Shown here piece by piece: positions 11,275 to 22,524 of a DNA stretch of 64,000 nt. The notes under the pieces are model-generated. The model was not told the DNA's origin, ran no database searches, and worked only from the letters and a program-made list of their open reading frames with translations. The translations under genes were made by a program, and so were the position numbers. Source of the stretch: Nemertoderma westbladi (taxonomy: Eukaryota; Animalia; Xenacoelomorpha); NCBI GenBank assembly GCA_032718475.1, contig JAUCBJ010007602.1, positions 1-64,000 on the forward strand. The letters run 5' to 3'. Within the stretch, counting starts at the first letter, position 1. Each line of letters starts with the position of its first letter.

Positions 11275-12759
11275 CGTTGCCGTTATTCCCGACACCATGG
11301 GGGAAAAACGCCGATGCTGGAGGCGGAACTTTACAGACCACGGAATCCCGGCCAGTCACCAGATATTGATTGTGGAGAAGGAATAATTTCTTGGATGCAA
11401 GATTGCGGTTGAGAAAAAGCTGCATTGGTTGGATATATTCTTTAATGTAGTTAATCTCACTGAACCCTGATTGAGAATAAATTGGGCTTCCCCAAATCAA
11501 TATACACCAAATTATTCACTATAATAATACACGACAATATAAATCCCTACAGTAAATTATTTAATTACCCACTGTTCGCTCAGATTTTAGCCTAACTAAT
11601 GTTCCCCAGATTTTCCCTCGGTCCTAGTCTTGGTGCCGTAGTGTCGGTCGACCCTGTCGCGTGTCCGTCCCACCCCTCCCGAACCCCGAAGGGATCGATC
11701 ATCGAGAACCAGTACGGCTTGGCTAAGGGTTGGTCCAGTCGGTAGACTCTGTCACGTATCCGTACCACCCCTCTCGAACCCCGAAGGGATCGGTCATCGA
11801 GAACCAGTACGGCTTGGCTAGGAGTCTGTCATGTCGGTGGACCCGTTCGCGTGTCCGTCCCACCCCTCACGAGCCCCGAAGGGAACGATCATTGAGAACC
11901 AGTACGGCTTGGCTAGGGGTCCGTCGGTTCATCGCAGAGACCCAACCACCTAGGCTTTTCGAGTCCTTATTCAGGCTCGTAGTCGCTTCGGCGGCCGAGA
12001 AACTGCTCCGAACAGTCGGTAGGCCAGTAGAGTCCAGTCCTCTGTCTTTCGACCCCGTCGCGTGTCCGTCCCACCCCTCACGAACCCCGAAGGGAACGAT
12101 CATCAAGAACCAGTACGGCTTGGCTAAGGGGTCTGTCATTGGTTCCCGTCGCAAATCCCTGGCACAAGCAGCAGACTTTCCGATGTCCTTTTCAGGCTCG
12201 TAATAACTGCTGTTGACCAGAGACCGCTAAGGGCAGTCCTCGTCAAACCCTTCCTCTGTTAGTCGGCCGCCCTTTTGCGTGTCCGTCCCACCCCTCGCGA
12301 ACCCCGAAGGGATCGGTCATCGAGAACCAGTACGGCTTGGCTAAGGGGGCTGTCGTTTCCCGTCGCAAATCCCTGACACAAGCAGCAGACTTTCCGATGT
12401 CCTTTTCAGGCTCGTAATAACTGCTGTTGGCCAGGGACTGCTAAGGGCAGTCCTTGTCCTTTAGACCTAGCGAGATACCAAATCCACCTCTACAGGCAGC
12501 AGGAAGTTGGCTAGGCCTAATAGTAGTCAGGTAAACCTGAATACTGCTTAACTTTGCCTCCCACCCCTGGCCCTTATAAATATGAAATGAGTCCTGTACC
12601 CTGTAAGTCGCCCCAATATTCGCCCATAAATCGCCCCCAGTTCATAGAGTGTGCCCAAACCCCGTGGTCCCGCACCCAGTAGTGATATCGGAATAATCAT
12701 TTTAAATAAATACAAAAAATATTCAACTCGCGTTATGAAAAGTTGAAATACCGCGAACA
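11275..12759 (-). repeat. 3' LTR of BEL-1
   Basis: (C)GTTGCCGTTATT...CCGCGAACA. Near-identical to 21034-22524 (roughly 30 differences counted by eye, plus a 6-bp indel). PPT at 12760-12768. Confidence 0.95.
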
Positions 12760-12937
12760 GTCCCCCCCAATGACCTTCGTGAGGTCTATCGGTAGATTGA
12801 GTTTGCGTAGGTCATTCCCATATAAAAAACCCCAAATTTTTAATATTGCATAGTCTTGATTAATTTGGCCTAGAGTTCATATATATATATGTATAAAAAT
12901 AAATGTTCAATAAATGTTTCTGGAATATCCCGGTCCA

Positions 12938-15556
12938 CTATTTCTTTCTCTGATACGCCTTTCTCCTCTTCGCCCGTCGACTCTCGTCGATCGCTAGAGC
13001 TGGTAGAGGAGCGTCAACATCCATCGTGAGCAACGCTTCGGCTTGTCTCCTGGCGGCTCTTCCTTTCGATGGCAACGGGATCATATCGGTTCGTCGTTCC
13101 AACTCGGAGTTGCGAGCCTCAAGGAACCACTCTCCATCACCGAACTCCTCTTTATATGAGTATAAGCGTCTAAGGACTTCGAATGGGCCGAATAATCAGG
13201 CGCTCAGCAACAGATCCACGTAATGGAAAGGTAGTGTTGCCATCGTATGGAGGCGCTCCGGGAAGGAAAAATACCCGCACGCCATCTCCTGCGCGATATT
13301 CCGAGCGTTTCTCCGCACTTTGGTCCTTATGTGGCTGTTTGCGTATGTTTCGAACATGACCATATTTCCCATAGCGGTAACATCTTTTGTAGGACATTTT
13401 ATATAGCAGCGGGGGCTAGCGGAATGTCCACGGAAACCGCACGTAGTGCAGAGGTTATAGAGGATCGGACAGACTGAAACATCGTGGCCCGATGTCGCGC
13501 AGTATGGGCAATAAAGTATCCCGAGGAGCTGGAGGCACGAATCGGTAACCCGATTTCGTCTACCACGTGGGCACTGCTCCGAACTGCAGTTACCGCACAC
13601 CTCCTACTGCATCTCTCGACCGGGGAATATCGGAATCGGGACGCCGACGTAATACTCGAGTCGTCGGTCGCTCTTTTGAATATTTGCGGTGGCCGGTAGC
13701 CCGCGGAAGGCTGGGCTTTTGCGTAGTAGGTCCTCGCTCCGATAACCTTCTTTATGTCCTGTCGGTCTCAACTCGGACGACCGTTTCTGGCGGTGGATCC
13801 ATTCGGTCTGCTCGGCGTACCAACGGGTTAGTCGCATAGGATCCTGTGGAACGGAGGGGGTAGTAGTCACCGCTGGTTGGCGAAGAGGTGCCGGGGCTTT
13901 CGACAGAGGGATTCCGAGGAGATCGTTGGGAGTCGGCGCAGCGCTGGGACCCTTTTCAACCAGTATCACTGAACGGGACCATTGAGTGCTGGTACTCGGA
14001 ATCTCCGAAGACCAGTCTTCGCCACCCGGGAAAGGATATGGGGATAACCTTTGGCATATGTCGCCGAAGTCGTTTAACGCGAAGGTAGTAACTAACTCCC
14101 TTGCAGGGCTACCGGAGCCGAGTGGTGTGGTAATGCCCGCTTCCGTCGCAGGTTCGGCAGAGGCAACCCGTTTGGCTGCCGGTTGGTAAGCGGCTTCTGG
14201 CTCGAGTTGTCGCTTCGGGGTGGAGAGTAGAACGCCCTCATGTAGCCATAGTTCTTCCCCTTCCGAAGAAATCAGAGGCTCTTCCGCCCCGAGAAGATCG
14301 GTAATTGTAGGGATGTCGTAGGGTCCGTTCTCATCCCAGGAATCGATAACGGCGAGCGTTTTCATCTCTCCCGGTGTGATGTTCTCGACCGCTTTGAACG
14401 CGTGCTTTATAACCTCGTTCCAGTCGTAGTCGACAAAGGAAAGAGGAACCGCCGTAATGAGGTTATTGAGGGTTTTACAGATAAACTTAGCGACGGTGTA
14501 TGATTCCATAACGACGTAGATGTAGTTCCGTCGATCCGGATTTTCCCACCTTTGGTGTATCGTCCACTTTCTCTCAACGTCCTTCCATCGACCCTCTCGC
14601 TCGCTCTTTATTTCCAATCCCGGGTATCCACCATATATCTTATTATAGTCCTGGAATTTCTGAGGTTTAAAGTCGATGCCGCCGTTTAGCACAGCGAGGT
14701 AGCCGATCCCGGATTTCGTTTGTCTAACCTCGCGGAATCCTCGCATGAATTCGGCGGATCGTAACCAGGCTAGAAGTGTCTGGGTGTTGATGCAATGACT
14801 AATGGCATTGAGATCTCCTTTGCGGTCTCTTCCTAAAGGAGCGTTCGCGTAGTCGTTCCGGACATCCGCTTTTATATCCGACCCGATTTTAATGACGTCG
14901 AAGTCGAAGAGGATCTTTTGGAATTCTGGAGGTAGCAACCAGATCGCTCCGGCTGCCTGCACTTCCTGTCTGGGTGTCGGAAATATTCGACACACCAATA
15001 CCAAACCGTCCAGGGTTCCGAGGACGACGACCAAGGATCGACCATATTCTTTCGCCCCGTACTTCTCCTGGTAGTCGTCGTGATTCTGGATGATCGATAT
15101 TCGTTCCTCTCGTAGCGTCGCCGTACACTCCGCTAGGTTTCCCCAGTGGGCGAGGTACGTACTCTTGTCGTCGACGAAACTTTGACATCGCGCCAACGTC
15201 ATCGCTTTCGAGGTGGGCGTCGCGTTTCCCTCGTTGTCGTATATCAAACATCGGGATCTGTAGATGCTTTGCCGAAACGTTTCCCAATACGACAACTCAT
15301 CCCCTCCGGTAGCCTTTGCGTTCCGAGTTCTTTTCAGTCTCGTACTAGCATCGGCCAACCGGAGGGCTCGTAGATTCCGGGAATCCGGTCCCTCTCGCCC
15401 GGAGAATTTGACGACTCACACATTCTCGTTTATCAGGGTGCTCCAATTTGTATCAAAGTTAGGGGCTCCGGGTTGTGGATATTCCAGTAGATCTATCGTA
15501 TTACGTAATTCGCCGATAATTTGGCGATTTGGGTCCATATTTACAATTATGTCCAT
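12938..15556 (-). pseudogene. Env-position accessory ORF of BEL-1: DEDDy-like 3'-5' exonuclease plus zinc knuckles, about 872 aa, broken by three in-frame stops
   Basis: One reading frame from ATG 15556 to TAG 12938, with stops at 15416-15418 (TGA), 13604-13606 (TAG) and 13196-13198 (TGA). Motifs: LIYDNEG; LPPEFQKILFDFDVIKIGSDIKADV; KSGIGYLA; YIYVVMES; CPYCATSGHDVSVC; CTTCGFRGHSASPRC; basic tail RRAKRRKAYQRKK. Confidence 0.8.
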
Positions 15557-16089
15557 TGCAAAATTATATCAGTTAATTATAAATCCAGAAAGTCTGAAAC
15601 TATAGTGATTGCAGAATAATTCAGTTTATTTTTAATTCAGTTTATTAAATAACATTGCTATATAGGCATCTATCATCTTATTGCTAATACATTCAGCATT
15701 TACAGTTACTATAGCTATACATTAATATCCAACCAGTTTTTTGACTTTTTATGTCCTCTTCTTTTTTCCAATTCTTTTCTTTTTACATTTTTATACTTTT
15801 TTTTGTCTTTTTTCATTTCTCATTATTATTTCATCACATTTCATTTATTTCAACACATTTCATCATTTATTTCCACATTTATTTCACATTTCATTTATTT
15901 CCACATCATCATTGGGGTTATAGCCCCCCGGCTATCATCATTTGTTATAAGCGCAGCACCAGGGTGCGCATCATTACATTTTCATCATCATACGCGTCAT
16001 CATTCGGTTTATAGTAATGTCGTCTGTTTCTTTTCATTTTTTCCAACTACATTCAATCATCTTCTTTGGGAAATTTTCGTTGTGGAAGG

Positions 16090-16510
16090 GGTGTTACGCG
16101 GCAATCTGGGATCTACAGCTGGGCTAGTTACACCGCCTACGCCCCAACCTGCACACGTAACGGACAATGAAGACGCTGGAAGTGAAGTCACGTGGAATGC
16201 ACCAGGGACCCACCAGAATAACACTCCCAACAACATAAAGCTCAGCCGACGAAGTCATGTGGGATGGGGTTACGCAACATTCTGTGATCTACAGCTGGAC
16301 TAGTTACACCGCCTACGCCCCAAAATCCACGCAACGGTCCCACCAGAATAATGCGACTGAGAACATAAAACCCTCTATCGTCGAAGTCATGTGGATGCAC
16401 CATGGACCCACCAGAATAACGGGATAGAGGGGGTGTTGCGCGGCAATCCGGGATCTACAGCTGGACTAGTTACACCGCCTATGCCCCGAACTGCGCATGC
16501 AACGGACAAC
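16090..16510. repeat. Three imperfect direct repeats (about 170-bp spacing) between pol and the accessory ORF
   Basis: GATCTACAGCTGG(G/A)CTAGTTACACCGCCTA(C/T)GCCCC at about 16111, 16286 and 16452. Confidence 0.85.
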
Positions 16511-16781
16511 ATAACATACTACAATAAATACAATGAATTCCACTTCAAATCTTTACCATTTCCAATAATCCAATGTCGTTGGTCCCGATGACCAAAATCA
16601 GGGTAAACGATAAATAAACGACCCTGCGTCAGTTGAAACATCTGCAGGGTGACGCTGGACTCCACATAACACACGAGGAAACACAAATACCATTGCGTGG
16701 TTACAGTTGGTTTAAGGGGGGTCCATTTTCATTGTCGATAAATCACAGTTTAAAGGAGTTTGTCAACAGGATTAGAAGGGT

Positions 16782-17653
16782 TTACACGGGTTTAGCATTG
16801 TCACCAATGTCTGCAGCAGGATCCTGAGTAGGGAACTTATCACCTCTCGTAGAGTAACCGCTGTCATTGCCTTCGAGAAGGCACAGCCTCTGGATAGGGC
16901 GTTGGTAGTGGCCCTTTGCCGTTCGTATCGTCACAGTCCTCGCAAGTCCGTCTTTGCTTGGTTGTATTGCCACGACTCGCGCCACAGGCCAGTGGATGCG
17001 GTCTTTGAGGTCTTCTTTGACCAGCACCATGTCGCCAACTTCGACATTCCTGTAGGTGTTGTTCCACTTCCTCCTGGTCCGGAGGGTTATGAGGTACTCC
17101 TGGGCCCAGATTCTCCACCAATGCGCTGCCAACGCTTGGGCCTTCTTCCAGTTAGTATGTCTTGCGATATCGTCGGAATCCGGAAACATCGTCTCTGGGA
17201 GAATATGGGTTTTGGGTCTTCCCAGTAGGTGGTTAGGAGTGAGGGACTCAACCGAGGCGTTCGCCATCCGGGTATTACGGCAGATTATTCCATACTCTCC
17301 CATTAATGGTGTCAATGTTATCCACGTCATTATTATCATCAAAAACATTACTAGCCACCAAAGCATGGGCGAGCACCAATGTCCGTCTTTGAACTTGGCC
17401 TGGTCAAGGACGTCCATACAATATTGATCCTCCTCGGACGGGTTTTCGTCTTTTCAGCGAACTCTTGGGTCTCTAGATTAAAGTATTTAGTCATCTCTTG
17501 CTGGGTTTTCTCGGTCTCAAGAAACAAATCCTCGTCAAGGTCTGTAGCTGAACAATAACGCACGGATGTTGCATTCTCTTTAATCTGACATTTAGGAAGG
17601 TATGTATAGGTGTCAGTAGTCTCTTCCTTGATGCCGCAGAGTGTCCATCCCAT
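16782..17653 (-). pseudogene. BEL-1 pol remnant: post-protease region joined to the integrase C-terminal (DUF5641-type) domain
   Basis: GWTLCG...KYFNLE and KDGHWCSPMLW run almost directly into LTPNHLLGRP...WKKAQALAAHWWRIWAQEYL...GDMVLVKE...WPVARV...DGLARTVTIRT...RPIQRLCLLE. No YxDD, RNase H or DDE core is present. Confidence 0.9.
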
Positions 17654-17695
17654 TATTGTTCGTTCAGCGTAAAAGCCATTATCCTGCTTTATAGA

Positions 17696-20637
17696 TCAGG
17701 CGACGTCTCCGGTGGGTATGTGTAATTCCGGTGTATCAAGTCCGATCAGTAGGGTGATGCAGTTTACATCCAACGGAAGGCACCTAAGGTCTACATCGTC
17801 TCGGTCCAATTGTATGAGGGGGGCGTACTCGGCTGATTGTCGGAACCGCACTCGGAGGTCTGTGTGTACCAAGGCGTTCTTGATGGTCAGCTTAACCGTC
17901 TCGTAGCCCTTCATTACTTCTTCCATCTGGAGCTGCACCTCCCCGGATTCTACCTCTCTGTGGTCGGTAATAGTTTGTATGGGCCGTTTGCAAGGTTCAT
18001 AGTCTAGGCCGAGTTGCTCGAGGAAATCCCGGTCGATGATGGTTCCGTCCGACCCGTTATCAAGGAACGCGAGCGTTGTCAAGGATTTACCGACCCCTTG
18101 AATTCTTACTGGGATTACTTTGGCGAAGACCATGTAACGGCGATTTATAAGGTTGATCATGGCCGAGATATTTGTCACTTGTGATGCATCGGTGGAGGTT
18201 TTAAATGGGTTGGTTTCTCTCCGTTGGGTCGTCCGGGTTCCTTTAGAAACGTGGTTTGTTTCTCCTCTTCGTTTGGCTTCAATCCGAAAGGGGAGGGTGG
18301 TGAAGTCAAAGTTCGCGGGGATGTGGAGGAGCATGTGATGACGTAGGTCGTTACAGACCACACAGCATGATCTTTGGTCGCAATCCCGAACATAGTGACC
18401 TGTTCCAAGACACCGGAAGCATCCTCGGTGTTTCATTATCGCCTCGAAGCGTGGGACGAGTTCGGCAAACTGGAACTTCCTGCAGAATTCCACTTTATGT
18501 TTCTCTCCGCAGAAGAAACATATAGGGGAGGCTGTGGTGCCTTCCCTTTCGGGTGCCCAATTCGCTAGGTAGCATGCCCATTCTTCTGCTAAGGTCGGTT
18601 CCTCGTAATCCTCATCATCCGAGTCCTCGGCCATACTGACGGCCATCGTACTCACAGGAGTAGGGCAGAATCTTGGGTTTGGAGTGGGTGCCCTGGTAAT
18701 TGCTCTCCATCCCATCCAATTTGGAGAGACTCTGTTTGGAGAACATGGGGTCGTTCATGGCCTCTGATATATCTTCTATGAATGCCGACATTTCGAGGAA
18801 ACTGGGATCTCGATCTGGGTGTCTGCGTCGGAGATCTACGCATTTATACGCCCACTTACTTTGCAGCCATCCGGGGAACTTTCGGGCGATCTGTCGGAGG
18901 TTTAGAATGTTGTTTACTTGTTCCTCCTTATTTAATGGTCTTAGAGTGTAGTAGGCATCCTTCATGGAATCTGAGAATTCCTAGATATTTTGTGGGTCCC
19001 CTAGGGATCCCGCGTCCTGTATCAGTTTCTCGAGAGTTTTATTAATTATAGTCCCGATATTTCCGTATCTTTTATCTAGAGTTTTCCATGCGTCATAGTA
19101 TGCCTCATGAGCTCCTCCCTCGAAGCATGCGATAATCCGACGTGGTTTGTCGCCCAGGTATTGGGATAAATATACTAACTTTTGTGCATCGGCTATGTCC
19201 GTTGATCCAATCTGCACGAAAAACTGTTTCTTGAATCTGAGGTAATCGACGGGATCTCCTTCGAAGGTGCGGATCTCCATCTTGGGCATGGCCAGTCGGT
19301 TCTCTAATGCCCGGATGATGCCAACGTCGTCTGAACCGGAATGACTAGGAGGGTTATAATTATCGGCACTCTCTCCCATACACGATGGATCGATGATAGG
19401 TGGAGTTTTAATGATGACGCGGCTACGGATTTGTGGTGCAGATGTAAACGGGTTGTTGGATTGGGGAGTGGCGATCCGTTCCGAGTCCTTTTCAGGCTCG
19501 TACTTGGGGACGCTCGGGACCGTGGGATTAGCTGGGATATAAGGTTCCTCATTCTTCAACGTAACCGGTGGGGGATGGAATACCGGTGCTTGTGCCGATA
19601 ACGTAGACTGTATGATAGGCAGGAACTCGGGTTTCGGGGGTTTCACCGTCGGTGTCGTTAATGACCTCTCTAATTCTGGTATCGGTATTGGTTCATAGTT
19701 CAAATCTATATCCCTTTCCCAGTCCTCGTATAGTTGAATATCTCGTTCTATAACTGTGGCTTCGTATTCCGCGAGTTTCGCAATATCCGCATTCTTTTTG
19801 TGTATGAGAATCGCTTGGGCCTCGGTGTGTTGTTTATGCATTTATGCTTCCCATTTACGTTGTTCGATCTCTTGTTGGGCCTCTCGTCCACGTTGTTCAG
19901 CTTCCTGTTCACGTTGTTCGGTCTGCCATTTGGCCTCTCGCCTATGTTGTTCAGCTTCCTGTTCACGTTGTTCGGCCTGCCGTTTGGCCGCTTGCTCGGC
20001 CTCTTGTTTTTGCATTTCGGCGGCTAATACATCTTGCTCGGTTCGCAGTTGAACATACTCATCTTCCATCCGAGCTTTGAGGGCTAATGCCTTCTGTTCT
20101 CGTAGCTGATCTCGGAGTGGCTTACCCCCTTGAGAACTGCGCGCTGAGCCGGATATCTCGCTCCTAGCGCTGGAGTGCTGGTGTCTTGAGGACCCCGTTC
20201 TCTTTCGATGAATTGTGGTCCTGGTGTTGGAGGTTCGCACTGATTCTGCGTCTGTTCTTTCAGCTCTCTTGTAGTACTGTTCCTCGTAGCCTCTCACGAA
20301 GCTGAGGGTCCTCCGGTATTGTTTGCGGAATTCGTCTAGGCGTGCAACGTGTTCTTCCAATTTGGGGTAGTTTACCTGGTCGGTGGCGGGGATGAGTTCT
20401 CGGTACGCCTGTATCATTCTCTCATATTGTTGTAAGATACTTCGGATATTCTGAAGCTGAGTTTGTATCTCGTTGAGAGGGGTTTCGACTCCATTGAGTT
20501 GTTTCTCTATACGTTGATACGCTCGAGTGACTCCGCCCTAGTCGACGGGCCATGTTCTTGACGTTCGGTACCTCGTCGGCTTCCGAGTCTGTGTGGTGGT
20601 CCATCTCATCGGTATCGGATACGTTATTCGTCGTCAA
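17696..20637 (-). pseudogene. BEL-1 gag-protease region, disrupted by stops and frameshifts
   Basis: Coiled coil (19842-20417); DUF1759-type PKMEIRTFEGDPVDYLRFKKQF...KLVYLSQYL; three BEL-type knuckles (CFFCGEKHKVEFC, CFRCLGTGHYVRDC, CVVCNDLRHHMLLH); protease AFLDNGSDGT and LLIGLD. Confidence 0.92.
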
Positions 20638-21033
20638 TGTAGCGCCTCGTCGATAGCTAGATGTGCGATGTCGTAAAATAGTTCGTCGTAGGTATTGTAC
20701 TCAGCCTGGACCACCCGAACGGTAATCCTGAATCGTCCGACGTTCGTTCCTTGTACTTCAACCTCGATGTGCCAGATTCCTGGCTCAACTTGGATTATAT
20801 CAATGGGTGTGATCGATACTTCCATTCCCTGTTAACAACTCTCCAAATATGTGATCTGCCGACTACGAGTTGGTTAGATCGAGTTTGTTGATTAATTAAA
20901 CCACGACTTTGTCTTAACTCAAATACCAGAGTTTCCTCGTAGTGGGTGCTGGTAAGCACAGAGAGAGTTTGAAGAGTATTGTAGGATTCCCAACTTCCAC
21001 CAGTTGAAGTTGGCCGCGTTTTATTCTCAATTT

Positions 21034-22524
21034 TGTTGCCGTTATTCCCGACACCATGGGGGAAAAACGCCGATGCTGGAGGCGGAACTTTACAGACCAC
21101 GGAATCCCGGCCAGTCACCGGATATTGATTGTGGAGAAGGAATAATTTCTTAGATGCAAGATTGCGGTTGAGAAAAAGCTGCATTGGTTGGATATATTCT
21201 TTAATGTAGTTAATCTCACTGAACCCTGATTAAGAATAAATTGGGCTTCCCCAAATCAATATACACCAAATTATTCACAATAATAATACACGACAATATA
21301 AATCCCTACAGTAAATTATTTAATTACCCACTGTTCGCTCAGATTTTAGCCTAACTAATGTTCCCCAGATTTTCCCTCGGTCCTAGTCTTGGTGCCGTAG
21401 TGTCGGTGTCGGTCGACCCTGTCGCGTGTCCGTCCCACCCCTCCAGAACCCCGAAGGGATCGATCATCGAGAACCAGTACGGCTTGGCTAAGGGTCGGTC
21501 CAGTCGGTAGACTCTGTCGCGTATCCGTACCACCCCTCTCGAACCCCGAAGGGATCGGTCATCGAGAACCAGTACGGCTTGGCTAGGAGTCTGTTGTGTC
21601 GGTGGACCCGTTTGCGTGTCTGTCCCACCCCTCACGAGCCCCGAAGGGAACGATCATTGAGAACCAGTACGGCTTGGCTAGGGGTCCGTCGGTTCATCGC
21701 AGAGACCCAACCACCTAGGCTTTCCGAGACCTTATTCAGGCTCGTAGTCGTTTCGGCAGCCGAGAAACTGCTCCGAACAGTCGGTAGGCCAGTAGAGTCC
21801 AGTCCTCTGTCTTTCAACCCCGTCGCGTGTCCGTCCCACCCCTCACGAACCCCAAAGGGAACGATCATCGAGAACCAGTACGGCTTGGCTAAGGGGTCTG
21901 TCGTCGGTTCCCATCGCAAATCCCTGGCACAAGCAGCAGACTTTCCGATGTCCTTTTCAGGCTCGTAATAACTGCTGTTGACCAGAGACCGCTAAGGGCA
22001 GTCCTCGTCAAACCCTTCCTCTGTTAGTCGGCCGCCCTTTCGCGTGTCCGTCCCACCCCTCGCGAACCCCGAAGGGATCGGTCATCGAGAACCAGTACGG
22101 CTTGGCTAAGGGGGCTGTCGTTTCCCGTCGCAAATCCCTGACACAAGCAGCAGACTTTCCGATGTCCTTTTCAGGCTCGTAATAACTGCTGTTGGCCAGG
22201 GACCACTAAGGGCAGTCCTTGTCCTTTAGACCTAGCGAGTTACCAAATCCACCTCTACAGGCAGCAGGAAGTTGGCTAAGCCTAATAGTAGTCAGGTAAA
22301 CCTGAATACTGCTTAACTTTGCCTCCCACCCCTGGCCCTTATAAATATGAAATGAGTCCCGTACCCAGTAAGTCGCCCCAATATTCGCCCATAAATCGCC
22401 CCCAGTTCATAGAGTGTGCCCAAAACCCGTGGTCCCGCACCCAGTAGTGATATCGGAATAATCATTTTAAATAAATACAAAAAATATTCAACTCGCGTTA
22501 TGAAAAGTTGAAATACCGCGAACA
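21034..22524 (-). repeat. 5' LTR of BEL-1
   Basis: TGTTGCC...GCGAACA, with TG..CA ends. Confidence 0.95.

Larger units (their letters stand above)
11275..22524 (-). mobile_element. BEL/Pao LTR retrotransposon (BEL-1), internally deleted, with an extra exonuclease ORF
   Basis: Paired LTRs of about 1.49 kb; TSD CCGGT at 11270-11274 and 22525-22529 (CCGGTC if read as 6 bp); polypurine tract GGGGGGGAC next to the left LTR; BEL-type gag, protease and integrase C-terminal motifs on the minus strand. Confidence 0.95.

Noticed and set aside
11730-12203. ORFs inside the BEL-1 LTRs (also 21579-21968)
   Set aside because: They arise from GC-rich internal repeats, differ in extent between the two LTRs, and show no recognisable domain.
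11658-12350. Repeat-spacer pattern resembling a CRISPR array
   Set aside because: Repeats are about 72 bp, spacers vary widely in length and are partly duplicated, the pattern is inside eukaryotic LTRs, and no cas genes are present.
13598-13610. Programmed readthrough at CAG-TAG-GAG between the exonuclease and knuckle regions
   Set aside because: The same frame has two other stops, gag is also disrupted, and the BEL-2 homolog is continuous. Mutational decay is simpler.
15741-16303. Hydrophobic Phe/His/Ile-rich plus-strand ORFs
   Set aside because: Low-complexity T-rich spacer, antisense to the element.
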